The translations under genes were made by a program, and so were the position numbers. From NCBI GenBank assembly GCA_965235115.1, contig OZ249448.1, positions 14,694,001-14,758,000 on the forward strand: a DNA stretch of 64,000 bases, written 5' to 3'. This DNA is from Laetmonice hystrix (taxonomy: Eukaryota). Position 1 is the first letter of the stretch. Each line of letters begins with the position of its first letter. Of this stretch, positions 13,501 to 28,800 are shown piece by piece. The notes below the pieces were generated by a model. The model saw nothing but the letters and a program-made list of their open reading frames with translations, did not search any database and was not told the DNA's origin.

Positions 13501-16500
13501 CTGAAAAAAATGATAATATTTTCCAAATGTGATTCTTTAAGGTACTGATAACATTGCCCACAATAATGGTTCCTATTTAACACATTATAAGGGTAGAAGA
13601 TGTTGATAATATTCTGGTGTTGTTTTACCGGCAGAGAAAAACAAAAACGGATTGGCTTTTCTCCTATCGGACAGTGTAGAGCAACACTAAATATAAAACC
13701 TTACCGGTGACATCGGGCTAACAGACGTCTTTTCACTGCGTGTGCAGTAAAAGAAGATTGATTTGGTGCGCACTCTAACTTGGCGCCATTTTCTGATAGG
13801 AGCACGTCACCTGACCGTGCCATGATTCCCCGCAAATATGCGCAACGTCACTTTATTGTGTACACCAGCATATTGAAAACACGCGCACGTGCGCTTCTTC
13901 CCATCCCTGCTTGCCACGGTCAGAACATGCCGCGGACAAAAAAAATCTACTCGACCAAGTATGCCAAGTCTAATGGGGCTTGTTCCGAAAGGTTGACGGA
14001 AAATGACGATTTACATACGTCCTTTGTTTATCGATCAATTTCAACGAAAGACTACATCACTAAAACAGCAACAGAAGTTGTTTTTGTTACTTTCTACCAA
14101 AATGCCTCTTTAACTTGATGATAACGTGTATTCTGGCCCTGAGTATGGTCTATAGATACCGACAGGTGTGAACCAATGTGTCCACCCTCCACCTGAGACC
14201 GAGGTCTGTGTTACCTCAGGATGTCCCTGCCCTGGTAGAGTTGGGAGTAAATGGTCTGAGCCTCGGCGTCAGGATCCAACGGGTCTCTCCAGTCCCCAAT
14301 TGTTACGCGCGAGTGCGTCTGACTACATCCCAGAGCTGCAGAATATACACATGATCCTATATTCGATTTTACATTCACACATATTTGTTAATGTCAACAT
14401 ATTATACCTTCCAGTAAGATTAGTCAAAATGTCATACTGTCAACAGGTTTAAAAGCAAATCCTTTCTCTTTCATGTGAAACAAAGTTCCAAAACCTTTGC
14501 TTGGAAGTGGAAATGGTAATTACCAAAAACAAGTCGGCCTTCCGTTACAACTTCACGGTAAATTAACAACAGACAAAAGTAAAATAATTTCAGACCGTTA
14601 ACTGGGGTAAACGTTTCCTTACCATCCTTGCCGGGTCTGGAGCAGCAGGTCCACCTGTCCTTGCTGTAGTTAGCCGGGTGGTACGATTCTAACAGTTCCT
14701 CGTTTAACATGATTGTCTTCCTGATCGATGAGATCCAAGAATACATGTCATTGATGTCCTAAAAATATCAACAAACCGTCCCATATCGTCAGGTTAGTGG
14801 TATATGTACAAACATTATCAGTTATCAGGGGTGAGGATTCTAACATATCGTCAGGTTAGTGGTATATGTACAAACATATCGCCAGGTTAGTGGTATATGT
14901 ACAAACATATCGTCAGGTTAGTGGTATACAAACATAGGATTATAACATGTCGCCAGATGATCGGTATATATACAAACACAATCAGTTATCAGAGGATTCT
15001 AACATATCGTCAGGTTAGTGGTATAATTATGTACAAACATAGGATTCTAACATATCGTCAAATTAGTGGTTTATGTACAAACATATCGCCAGGTTAGTGG
15101 TACATGTACAAACATAGGATTCCAACATATCGCCAAGTTAGTGGTATATGTACAAACATATCGTCAGGTTACTGGTATATGTACAAACATAGGATTCTAA
15201 CATATCGCCAGGTTAGTGGTATATGTACAAACATATCGCCAGGTTAGTGGTACATGTACAAACATAGGATTCCAACATATCGCCAGGTTAGTGGTATATG
15301 TACAAACATATCGTCAGGTTACTGGTATATGTACAAACATAGGATTCTAACATATCGTCAGGTTAGTGGTATATGTACAAACATATCGCCAGGTTAGTGG
15401 TATATGTACAAACATATCGCCAGGTTAGTGGTATATGTACAAACATAGGATTCCAACATATCGTCAGGTTAGTGGTATAGATATACCTTCTCCAGATGTA
15501 TGTCAGAAAGTACATTAGCTGGTTTTTTCTCCATAAAGAAGAAGTGTACAGTATTGATGAGCGAGCCTCCTTACCTTAGCTTGGAAGTAGAGTACCTCAG
15601 GATGACCTTGTGAGTTATATATGATGACCTGGCCCATGTTGGGTCGTGAGAACGCGTGCTTCTCCACACGCTCAACCGCCCGGATGCTGGCGATCGGTAT
15701 ATTATTTCTGACCTATGAACGGTATTCAGTTTATATATTGATAATTTAAGGTTGTAGTTTGAATATTCAGTTTTGTAATGAAACCATACAATCATTTTGT
15801 CAAGGTCACAACGTGTTTACAACATGTTTTATCCTTTTATGTAGAGCTAAAGGGATTTGTGGAGCTAATTTACGGGAGTTAATAATTGCAGGAGTTCTCA
15901 TTGATATTAAGATACCTGATCATTGGGTTTCTTGGCATAGGCTAAGGTGTCGTATTTGAGCCAGAAGTATCTCTTCTGAAATGTGAATGACGTCATCATT
16001 TTGACGTAGTCCCATCGGCGTTTCCAAAGGTAGCCCTGTTTGATGGTGACCGAGGGATGGAACACGCTTCTCCTTCGTGAGTTCTCAACAGGAGCTGGGG
16101 ACAGAAAAATATCTTCCGTCTGAGGCAACATTTTTTATCAGTTAGTTTTCGTAAAAAATATGAGGTGGTTGTTGCCTTTAGCGGTTTTAATTAGTTGACT
16201 ACAACCCCCCCCCCCCCCCCCCACCCACCCACACACACTAGTTTCATATAACCTCAGTTTAGATCCACTTTTGATTTCTTTCCAATACCTCACCGAACCC
16301 AAGTTACGCACCCACATCACCCAGAGAAATCTTACCTGTGTTTTCGTCAATGTTGACAAGTTCGTCGATAAAGTTCTTGATATCGGTGACGCTCTCCTTG
16401 ATGAAAGGGGTCAAAGGTTCCATCCACTGTTCCTTACCCACCTGGAGGCCCAGATTCCCCATGTTCTGCACTGTCTGAAAAAACCAACCAATCACTGTCA

Positions 16501-19500
16501 ACCTAACATACTCCACTATCCAATCATCGCCATGCTAACATGTCCACCTCCAAATCTTCCAATCATCGCCATGCTAACATGTCCACCTCCAAATCTTCCA
16601 ATCATCGCCATGCTAACATGTCCACCTCTAAATCTTCCAATCATCGCCATGCTAACATGTCCACCTCCAAATCTTCCAATCATCGCCATGCTAACATGTC
16701 CACCTCCAAATCTTCCAATCATCGCCATGCTAACATGTCCACCTCCAAATCTTCCAATCATCGCCATGCTAACATGTCCACCTCCAAATCTTCCAATCAT
16801 CGCCATGCTAACATGTCCACCTCCAAATCTTCCAATCATCGCCATGCTAACATGTCCACCTCCAAATCTTCCAATCATCGCCATGCTAACATGTCCACCT
16901 CCAAATCTTCCAATCATCGCCATGCTTACATGTCCACCTCCAAATCTTCCAATCACAGCTATCCTAATTACCCATTCAACCATTTAATCATCATTCTCCA
17001 ACTGTTAGCCTACATCATTCAGTCATCTTCACATCAAAACTCTGTCGAGATCTATATTTTAGGAATACCAGTGTCAAATCGAAGGTATTGTGAGGAAGAG
17101 GTAGGGGAACAGACCTTTGCGAGCAGTGTGAGGGTTCGACTGGTCCGGGCGTCCGGATGGAGGTCACGCATGTTGAAGAGTTTGGGTGACAAGGTGGCCG
17201 GGGCCAGGAACCGCAGGAAGAGAAACCCACTAATACCGACGTACTTGTGGTCCTGGGGGCGTGCCATAAAAATAACGTCAATCAAATGGGTCGAGTCAGT
17301 TCATACAGGTCAGCGCCAGGGATAGGAATACGGACACGTCATAGCCACAATTAAGGCACATGTTGAATCTTATTATTTTGATATTTTATATTTTGAATCT
17401 TTATATTTTGATATAGGCAATACTGGATATGGTGGAAGTTGGGAACAAACAGTGCATGTGTCACAACTGTAATTACGTCAGGACAGAAATAATCTTATTA
17501 TTCAAGACTGTCTCTCCACTTAGTAGGCCTAAGTCACACACTAATAAAATAGCAGGACATTAATATGGCAGAATTATCATCTTTAAGAAAATACAGATTT
17601 TATGGATTCTCTTCCCCCATACCTCCCCCATAGATTGAAGGGGGTGCATAAATTATGGTTGGGGTCGTGCCCTTGCAATCAGTGAGCGACCTCAGCCTGA
17701 CGAGTGACCTAAGATTGGCGGGTAGTTCTGACCTCATACTCAGGCCCTGGCCAGCGCTCCTCGATCCGCTGCCGCAACTGTTTGAAGATGATGCGCATGA
17801 TGGGTGGGATGCGGGAGACAGAGCTGAGGATGCGCTGCCGGATGGTGGTCAGGTATGACAGCAACGTCTCCACGCTCTGCTCGATCAGGTCCTTGTCCTT
17901 GGGAATCGTCTTCAAACTTGGCCGCCGCGAACTGCGCACATACACACCAATAGTTGCAATCAGGCACGCGTGGGTGATTATAGCGACGATAATAGGAACT
18001 AGTATAGCAGATTCCTGACCAGCCTGAGGGAGGGGGGATAGGACTGACATACTGACTGAGATATGATTGGCATTAAAATTGACTTGACTTTGTTGGTGAA
18101 CCGGGCCCAGAACTCAAACTGATGCTGAATTTGTAACTGTTTAGTCTTCACTAAAACACCAATTATTGGACATACAATCAACGAGAGATATTCACCATAT
18201 TAAGTTCCCTACCCAAGTTCCCTACCCCAGGAAACCAGCCAGTGGTCTGTGCACACAACTGTCTTCATCATTACGACTTGGCCTGTGGCCCCCAAAGTCG
18301 GAGAGTGTGGCCACCAGCCTCAATTTCGGGAGCATTTCCAAACAAGTTATGGCTCACCTGCGGATGAGCTCGAGTCTGTTGGGGTCCATCTCTACCACCT
18401 TGTGGTCGTCGTAGATCTGGTCAATCACAGGCCCTAGGGTCTCATGTAGGTAGGGCATCCCCACGATCTGAAAGTGAAGGACAAGGCCGGTTCACTGACT
18501 GACTCACTGACTGACTGCAGGAGTCAGGAGGGTCGGAGAGAAGGAGGGAGTGGTTGAGGGAGACGCTTTATACCGTATCAGTAACATTTACCGTCCCCGT
18601 CAATTTCTAAGGCGAGAATATCTTCTTTTTAACGTGTTAGCGACTTAACCTACTCTTCCCTGCGTCCCAGTGGAAAAATTCTGAAAATGGTGATGATGGG
18701 ATCATGACAACATTTGGTGACAACATTATAAATGGCGACAAAGGTAACTGACGGTTATGGTTTATATAGAGCCCTGAATGACACTATCAAACATGTTACG
18801 GATAGAGAGGACCCACTCCACCCGTCAGTGCAAGCAGAGGCGCCCTGTCAGAAGATTATGACAAACATTTAATAAATAAATGATTTTATTGCAGTTTACT
18901 TGCACGCAAACGGCGATTTTACCTTCATAAATTGGTCCATTGATTTGGTTGCCAGAGAGTTTCCCCTGAACAATGTGTTTGGGTTGCCTGTAATTGGGAA
19001 AAAAGTTGAATGTTAACGGTGGTGGAACAGGAATTATTCATGATAGTCATTTACATCAGAAAATTCCCTCTGAAGGCATCATTAAAAATTTTAGTTCCAC
19101 TAAAGCATCCCATCGTCACATCAATAATAGTTCAGCCTGCAGCAGGCAGCAGTGGTGGCACAGCACTAAATAACCTGCAACCTATCCACATATACAACGT
19201 TAAAATCATTATCATCAATTAATAATAATCGTTTAAAACTGAAATAAAAACATGAATGGACGTCGGCGGTTCAAAGAGCCATTCTGTGCTAGTAGTTATG
19301 TGTGGGAGGAGTGATTCTGACAGAGGTAATCACATTTCACAGAAATAACTGAAGTGGAGCACGTCAGGCTCAAGCTGTCCTAAGACCTGCACCAATGTCC
19401 ACTTCACAAACAATTTCTATCATGTACAGATGTTCAGGTTGAGGCTCAGGGTCTGGCCAGGGGCAGAGTTAAACCTTGGCCTCATCTCCTGGCCATCCTC

Positions 19501-19828
19501 ACACCAACACACAATAGTCCAACTAAGTCAGGTCCTCGGAGATGATGGAACGATGTCGAAATCTCCCAATACACGTCTGTATACGGAAGGGGGAACTTAG
19601 AGCATTGGTGGTGGACTGGGGACTTGATGGGAATCGGGACTGGGGTCATATCGACGAGGTCAACTTGATTGGTGGAGAACACGGGAATACCGGGGGAAAT
19701 CAAGACCTTTGCTGCAAGTACCTGCAAGACACCCGAAGCTTTTACTCCTGTTCCACTCTTGAATTTTCGAATGGTCTGGATTCACACCTAAGAAAACGCC
19801 TTGACAAAGCCCGACATTGCTGCAATCT

Positions 19829-19865
<37 letters not shown>

Positions 19866-22800
19866 GGGGGGGGGGGGGTGCAGCAGTGCCGACTTGACTC
19901 ACCCACCCACATACCTGTGTTGGCGATCTCCTCGGTACAGACTACGTCCAGGTAGGGCTGGATCTTGGCCTGACCTAGATAGAGTTTTACCAAGGTGTTA
20001 GCCACCTCCATCAGGTCCAACGTCATCACTTCCTGTAACATCTTCAGTGGTGTCGGCCCCGTCATCTTGTGCTGCAAGCATACCAACCGGCAATCTCAAC
20101 ACACCTTCTAGTAATCTCTCCCAATCACAATGCCATGGCACCGTCCTTCAAAAGGGTAGCGCTCGAAACATTGAATTTTCTTATACTTTCCAGAATGTTC
20201 TAGAAACAAATTACATCTACGGATTTCTAGATACTTTTTACGTGATATCCATCATATTTTAAGACCGTCTGTGCTAACTTTCTCTGTTCACAGATGAAAC
20301 AGCCAGGCGCCGAGGTTTGTGACCAGTAAGGTCATCTCAAGGTCCTATAATCTCCGAGTAGATAGAGCGCGAGTCGGCCGGTCGGTGGGTCGGTGGGTGG
20401 GCTCACCTTGTCTGGGCAGACGGAGTCCATGAGTAGGGCAATGAGCGGCTGGTAGTACTGGGTTGGCAGGATTCGCTCCTCCATCAGACGGGCCCGGACC
20501 CGGATAGTCCCGTTTCCTTCGTCTGCGTCCCGACTGTCAAACAGAGAAAGGGCAAACCATGATGGTGATGGACGACGCCGCCTCTCTGTCGCCAGCCACA
20601 TCGCTGCATGTCCCACGGCAAAATCTCCATCCAATTCTGGGGGCAAGAACTAAATATTCATTGCGATTCCTTGCCCCAAACCTCACCCTGACACCTCGAT
20701 CCTAAGACTTCCCTCCCCAAAACAACGTAATCCTCTCCCTAGCCCTGTCTCTGACTTACCCCTGGGGGACCGTCGGGGTATAACCAGTCGTATATACCGA
20801 AAGCTGCCAGAGAACATAACCCACCCCCCACCCCCCGTCACCAAAAAAAACGCTTCATCTAATCCCTGGGGAAGTCATAAATCATTCATGACTGGAATAC
20901 AAGAGTAAGCTTCCGCAGTCAGGTTCCGTCTTTTACATGGAGTAATCTGTTTGCGACTCACTATATAGCTCATTCATAGAGTGGACATGTATTTACATAC
21001 GACTACAGCGACCTTCATCTTTCATCGATAGCGACCATTGCGTGCAACTCTTCCAACCCACCGCAATGAATTGATTCCAGGCATTCCAATACGAGGGACG
21101 ATTTGTGGTGAGAACTGATGTATAAATTAGCTAAGTACACACCCTCCGGTAGAATATGGCAGATACTGTAGCCGAAGATTCCAGAGACAAGATAAGATGG
21201 ACTCATGTCGACGATTTTTTTTTCCGGAATTCATGTATATTGCATTTATGTTTCAATGAAAATGAATCTTTTCCTACCATGTAACCTTGTCGTCTCGAGG
21301 CTGTAGGAAGAACCATTGGTCATACGACTGGTTGGGCTCCAACTCACTCAGCAGGATCTCGATCTATACAAATCAAACACACACACGGAAGAATTTTTCA
21401 GGGTCTCAAGCTAGTCAAATCAAACATAGACAGGGACCTTACTATCTTGTATTGCTCCCAAACGGGTGAATACTTTGCCATGTATCCCGTTGTGCTGTGG
21501 GGCAAAGTCTCTAGTGCAAGATACTGGACCGATCAAGAAAATATTTGTTAGGTAGCCACTACATGAAAGGTTCAATCCGAGCAAATACGGCATTCTTAAG
21601 AATTTATTTCTAGTATAATGACGGCAGCCATAAAGTTCCACCAGTAGCCTATAGCATGACTACATTAGACCGTACGGTGTACCTTGCCCATGAAATCGTC
21701 TGAAGCCATACGATCCCAGTCCCACACGTTGAGGGTGAGTTTGGCCGCTGCCGCCACCTCTGCCGACATTCGAGGGATATCGAACTCAAACACCTCCTGC
21801 CAGGTCGGATACAGGGATCCCCGTATAGTCTGCTCAAACACACAGTACAACGCCATCTTACACCAAGGGTCACCAATCGTGTCACCGTCAGTACTCATTA
21901 TACGGATCTGCTGGTCAGTACAACGCCATCTTACACCAAGGGTCACCAATCGTGTCACCTTCAGTACTCATTATACGAATCTGCTGGTCAGTACAACGCC
22001 ATCTTACACCAAGGGTCACCAATCGTACGATTTTGTGTCACCGTCAGTACTTTCAATCTCCACGGAAAATATACGACCGCCATATCATAGGTCAGAAACA
22101 ATAGATTAACAGACGACAAGCAAATAATTTGAATTCATAATCTACATTGTACTTTGAAACACACTTAAAATGTCAAAGGCGCTTTCATCTCCTGGTTACA
22201 AACAAGGCTTGCCCTATGGGCAGGCCTAACATGGGGCAGGCCTAACATAGGGCAGGCCTAACATGGGGCAGGCCTAACATGGGGCAGGCCTAACATAGGG
22301 CAGGCCTAACATAGGGCAGGCCTAACATAGGGCAGGCCTAACATGGGGCAGGCCTAACATGGGGCAGGCCTAACATGGGGCAGGCCTAACATGGGGCAGG
22401 CCTAACATGGGGCAGGCCTAACATGGGGCAGGCCTAACATGGGGCAGGCCTAACATGGGGCAGGCCTAACATGGGGCAGGCCTAACATGGGGCAGGCCTA
22501 ACATGGGGCAGGCCTAACATGGGGCAGGCCTAACATGGGGCAGGCCTAACATAGGGCAGGCCTAACATGGGGCAGGCCTAACAGATATTCAAACTGCAAA
22601 TAGCTGATTAGTAAAGGAAGTACAGAAAAAAGGAAGGAAAGAAAAAGGAAGGGAGTTGATGGGAGGTTGTGTTTGATACTTACTGAGGTCTGCTTGTGTT
22701 GGCCTAGGAACGTCACCTTGACATACGGGTCAGATGATCCCCCGATATCTTTGACGGCAAGGTCTCTGATAACACAGTCCGCCAGCATATTTTATATGAG

Positions 22801-25800
22801 ACGGGATAAATGACGAACGTAACAGAGGAAGGAGCATCGTTTACTGGTTTAAATACGACAGGAAAATACAAGCATCTTTTAAACCAAATACAGGACACAA
22901 AATGATCCGCTTTATCAATAGCAATTTTACAAGAAAATTTATCGCTATAGATTGAATCGATCTAGATTTAGATTGTGACCCATGGCCATGCGGTACCCCG
23001 GATGCTGACCTTGCCTCAACGACCTTCACCCTGAGCACGTTGCGTCCGTTCTCGTGGAAGTTCCCGAGCTGGACGTGAATCTCGCCCTCTGTCTCTTGCT
23101 TCTCGTCGACATGGCGGATCTTAAACCAGCGTTCCAGACCTAATGACGTAAATGACGTGACTGTGATTTCCGTTTCCGGCATGCAATCATGCACCGTTAC
23201 AGACTCTACTGTATCCATTCTCCTATTCAGTCACGAAGTGTGTATAATTACAGATGATGGCTTTGTTTAATTATAACATGCGTCTTTGTACCACCAACCC
23301 ATCCACCCTGCCACCCACTCACTGACCTTGACCTCCCGTCCATCTATATCTTCCCATGATCGGATCCTATCTCACCTACCGACAAGACTCTCAAGAGACA
23401 ACGCTCGGGGCCGACAGGTAGGCTGACCTGACCGAGGTCGAAGCCTTAATGGCCTGTCCGTGCAATGACCCCCAACCTTACTTATGCCCATCACATACGG
23501 CCAAAGTCAACGGACACTCCTAATAACGCCTTCCCCATCCCCGAGCTCCTAACCCCGTTTGATCCGCGTCATTTCAGTTCGTTAATAAGATGTACCCTCA
23601 AACAAAGCCGCCTATGCCTCCTTACACTGCAGAGTTCACAGACGTTTGACAAGAAGCCTTTTGACATTTAGCGCCAGCTTCCATTGCTCTAAATTGGGCC
23701 GCAATATTGTAGCACCTGCTCTGTTTGCCGTCAGCATTAACATCAAGGTGAAGGTCGCAAAACAGCGATCAAAGTGTGCGGCCTAAAGGTGTCACAGTGT
23801 AAACAACGTAACAAAATTAACATGGACATTCCTTGGGATTATGCCAGCCTCTGCCCTTCTTCACACAGAGGTTACAGGGTTAACTGGCAGCAAAGATGAA
23901 ATGTCATAGGTTCTTTAACCTACATTCAGTATCGAGAGAAATTCTTACTTTTTATACTATCTGCAATACCTATGAAACGAAGAGATTGGGTTACTTTAAA
24001 GCCTATTATTACAGCCAGCTGCTCTTGCGCGAGGATGCTTTGGCCAATAGGCCAATTCAAAAAAAAGTGATTCCTCAATTCTATAATATGCGGTTGTCTC
24101 GTGGCTGCATTGTTACTGCACTGGTTTTCTTCCCCATTTAACACAGTAAACATCTCACCGTTTTGTCGTTAGATGGAGGTTATCATGTGAAAGGCATAGA
24201 GTAGCCGGGAACTCAGACAGATTCAGATTCACAGCAAAAGCAGCTGCAATATTGCACCATGCAGGTTAAATTTGTAAACCTACGCCTCACATAGAGGGAG
24301 GTTACCGATTTATACAGACTTTCTATGCATAGATCGTGGCAGACAAGACCTCAAGTGACGACTCTTACATAAGCATACTTTTTTTCATAAGCTTCTCACC
24401 TAGTGATGACTATAAATTTTTAATGTAGGCTACAGCACCAGATAGAACCTTGACTTGACTTGACTTCATTGATTGACGATTGCGTATGACTGTAGCGTGG
24501 CCATACCATACGTAACGCGTTCACAATAATAACCATATTAGGCCACTACATAACGCTCCCATGTATATTTTATTTTAATGTTTATACAGCTCAGGTTTTC
24601 ATGTTCCAACCTTTAATTCTACCTGCAGCGTTTCCATTGCACATAGGGAAACACGTACTCTACCATATCACGTTTCCATGGCAATACTGGTATGTGCCGT
24701 TGCCATGGTCGCCTACATAATGACTTACCCTTGGGTTCTCCCTGCACCATGTCTCTGGTCAGCATCACCTTGCCAATGATGTCATCACCACTAGAAAATA
24801 GAAGGAAGGCTCAGTCAGGAGGAGCCCCATACCTCGGTAGAAAGACCATACAGCCTACCCCTAGCTGCCTACGAGACCTTCCCTTATCTATGGGGGAAAC
24901 CTAACCTGGGGTTCCAAGCCCATTGGCTTCAGGTCGCCAGCTGGGCTTGGGATTGCTTCCATTCAAAAGCGTCGGGTCCTTGTACCTCCCTGTACCTCTC
25001 CAACACATAGTTTCCAATCGTACATAAAGTCTTAAGGTGTCCCTACTGTTCTCTAAGCACTGGCTTTATTGAATGAGTATTCACCGCCTTTTTTGGTCTG
25101 AAGCGGGAGTTTGAATCTGTGAACATAATGGCGGCCATCGCTGGCCATGCAGCTGTCTCGCCCAAAACGAGGCTGGGGGCAGGGTCAGTCAGGGAGCAGT
25201 TCTTATTTTCATACTGCATCAATCCATCAATCTCCCTCCCTCCCTCTCCCTCCCTCCCTCCGCCCAAAACGAGGCTGGGGCAAGATGGCGACTCGCTTCA
25301 TGTGAATGTGCCCGCTACCTGACTTGGATTTTAAATATACGGTTTGACAGCAGGATTTTTTGGAGTAAATTGTAAATAAAACACGACGGACTGACGGGGA
25401 CTGAACCCCCCCCCCCCCCTTTCATAAGGGATCGCCGTCCGTCCCAGAACTGACAAGTAACTGGGACGATGTTCTGTCTAGGGGAAACCCTAAGGTAATG
25501 ATTTAGTCCCCTGGTCCATCTCTGTAATGACAGTCATACAGGGAACTGATAGCAGAGAACGAGCGAAAGACAGATGGGGAGGGACGAGACCAAGGACAGC
25601 TAAACAGGGAGGAAGTTAATCACTGGCTAAGAGGGACATAGCTAATGACAGGTTAACAGGGACGGGGCAAATGACAGGTTAAGAGGGGCAGAGTAAATGA
25701 CATGTCTTTGCCCAGCAGCCCTTTGACAGAACCATTTGCAGCATCAGCATAGGTCGGCTTAATCAGGAAATGACGTCATTTCCGGTATCAGGAGACAGTC

Positions 25801-28800
25801 ACAAGGTTGAATCCAGTAACAGGAAATAAACTCAGCCTTTTTGACGTCATATCCGGAGGGCAGGATTATAAACACGGGGGTGAGGGGGATTCCCTTTGTG
25901 TCATCCTCGCCGAGGTTTTAGGGGTCTTACCTGACAATATCTTGGTCATATATGTAGATATCTAGGTGAACGAAGCCATTGGGCAGGTGAAGTGTGTATT
26001 CTTCGCCCCAGAAAGGGTTTAAACTGCGCCACACCGTGGCCGACCTGAAAAACAGCAGAGATAGCGCAGCCATGAGAAGTGGTGAGGGAGGTTGCGGGCG
26101 AACTGTTTCGGCTGTCACGATCCTGTTAGAACACTTACCAGCCGGTATGTTAGAAAATGTACCATTCGGCTTGCTGGGACACTTATACCATATCCACCCG
26201 CATCCAAGTCAGGAACACACAACAACCAACTCACAGCCAAGACTCTTCAACTCCGTAATCTACGTCTTTTTCATGTCTAACATATTTCAGTTTTAAAAGG
26301 ACGTAAATGATTTTAGCCTGATAATGACCCGTCAACTTATGGAAAACCGAATCGTCCCCACTTAGCTGTAAGACAGTATATACTCAGTCGCAAGGACACA
26401 GTGAAACCACGATGGGGCATAATAAAATATCATCCTTTCTAGATCAAATTGTCCTGCATTTAAGCCTCGCCCTCTGGCAGTCAATCTAATGACAATGTTA
26501 CAATCTTGACTCGTATAATGTAAACTTCATCAGAGGTTTGAATCTTACCATCGAAATTAATCAAGAACAAGCTTGTGAAGCTTATAGCCCCCACCACGAA
26601 CTATGAATTCTTGAAAAAACGATGCACGACTTCAATTGATCTTTGAAGGGCAAAGGAAATATTGTCAAATGAAACTTCGTAAACTTAGTAAAGTTCTATG
26701 CAGTTATGTACAGCTTGATAGTGTTATCCGGCGTAAAGATGCATGTGTCTGCAATAACTATGCAGTTATGTACAGTTTGATAGTGTTATCTGGCGTGAAC
26801 CAACTGAGTAGGGACAAATTATCTGTGGGTCCAGGAACTATGCGTACTTTTGGCACGCTTGTTGCCCCTCATGCTTTCTGTCAGCAAGAACGAAATCCAG
26901 AAAATGTCAGAGTTATTGCTTCGAATTTCTTTAAATCCAAGATGGCCACCAAGCAGCCATTTTTAATGATATATTTGAACTGTGTCCTCCTTAGACTGTC
27001 CCTGGTTATTATGTAATGTTTCATGCAAGATTAGATGTTGTTATTTTCAACTGGTTTGGAGGTACAGGCCATTAAAATATGCATGACCTTGATTGACCTT
27101 TCAAGGTCGCTCAAGGTCATGGAAAATGACGCCAAATGAAACTTCATATATGACTTCCTATCTATCAATAATAATAGCTATTGCCTTATCTTGCACCGTT
27201 TTCGAGATATGAGCCAAAACAGTGTTATGGAGGGGGAGTAAAATATGAATATGGCCGCCATGTCGCCATATTTGCTCTGATCTGGCAATACATTGGCATA
27301 TATATTGCCCCTCATATACACCTTCTTTCCACCAAATTTGAAAGAAATCGGGATTGTTTTGTCTGAGTCATTGCTCCAAATGTGTTTATATCCAAGATGG
27401 CCACCACGCGGCCATTTTGACTGATGTCAAAAATATCTTTGACCTGCCTCATCCGTGGACTGTCCCGGATCATTATGTAATGTTTCATGCAAGATTATGT
27501 CGTTATCTTTAACTGTTTTGAAGGTCCAGGCTATTGAAAATATGCATGACCTTGATTGACCTTTCAAGGTCGCTCAAGGTCATCGAAAATGGCGCCAAAT
27601 GAAACTTCATATATGACTTCCTATCTATCAATAATAGTAACTATTGCGTCATCTTGCACCGTTTTCGAGATATAAGCCAAAACAGTGTCATTGTGGGGGT
27701 CATGAAACAAATATGGCCGCCATGTCGCCATTTTGGATCTGAATTGAAATTTTATTGTGATGCGTTTTGGCCCTCATTATGCCTCATCCCTGCACCATGT
27801 TTGAAAGAAATCGTGATTGTTTTGGCTGAGTTATTGCTCAAAATGTGTTTACATCCAAGATGGCCGCCAAGCGGCTATTTTGAATGATATCAAAAATCTG
27901 TTTGACGTGCATCATCCTCAGTTCATCCCTGATCCTTGTGTGAAGTTTCAAAGAAATCGACCCATACACTTCTGAGAAATCGCTGTCTACGGACATACGG
28001 ACGGCCGGACGGACGGACGGACGGACCGGACGGACGCCCGGACGGACGCCCGGACGGACGTACGGACGGACGGAGGTCGAATTATAAGCCCCCCGTTGTG
28101 GGGGCTAAAAAACTTCTCCTACTATTCCTAGCCTGTTCAACACATGCACATGGATCGTTCGTTAATAGCGCTGATCAGCTGAGGCTAAAATTACTAAAAA
28201 ATAGTACAAAGTAGGACAGACAGTACAGGTGAATAAATAGTACGTGCAAAAAAAAAAACTCGAAATAAAGGTGAACATTTTATCAAGCTTCACACGGTTC
28301 AAATCTGAACCAAGTATCAAAAAGTAAAAGTGGCTGATTGAGTGCAGTATGAATCTGGTAAGGTGTATAATGTTCATAATGCTGCAAAATCTCTTGAACT
28401 TGCGATGTTGCTAACAACGGTAGGACAGTGTTTGTCCGACCGATGATGTCTTCACTAACAACGGTAGGACAGTGTTTGTCCGACCGATGACGTCTTCACT
28501 AACAACGGTAGAACAGTGTTTGTCCGACCGATGATGTCTTCACTAACAACGGTAGGACAGTGTTTGTCCGACCGATGATGTCTTCACTAACAACGGTAGG
28601 ACAGTGTTTGTCCTACCGATGATGTCTTCACTAACAACGGTAGGCAGTGTTTGTCCTACCGATGACGTCTTCACTAACAACGGTAGGACAGTGTTTGTCC
28701 GACCGATGATGTCTTCACTAACAACGGTAGGACAGTGTTTGTCCGACCGATGACGTCTTCACTAACAACGGTAGGACAGTGTTTGTCCTACCGATAATGT

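Noticed and set aside
16271-17325. 13-aa repeat ORFs ([13 protein letters not shown] etc.)
   Set aside because: 39-bp minisatellite in intron 14; intron retention hits a stop after 20 codons and the repeat frame stops before any donor.
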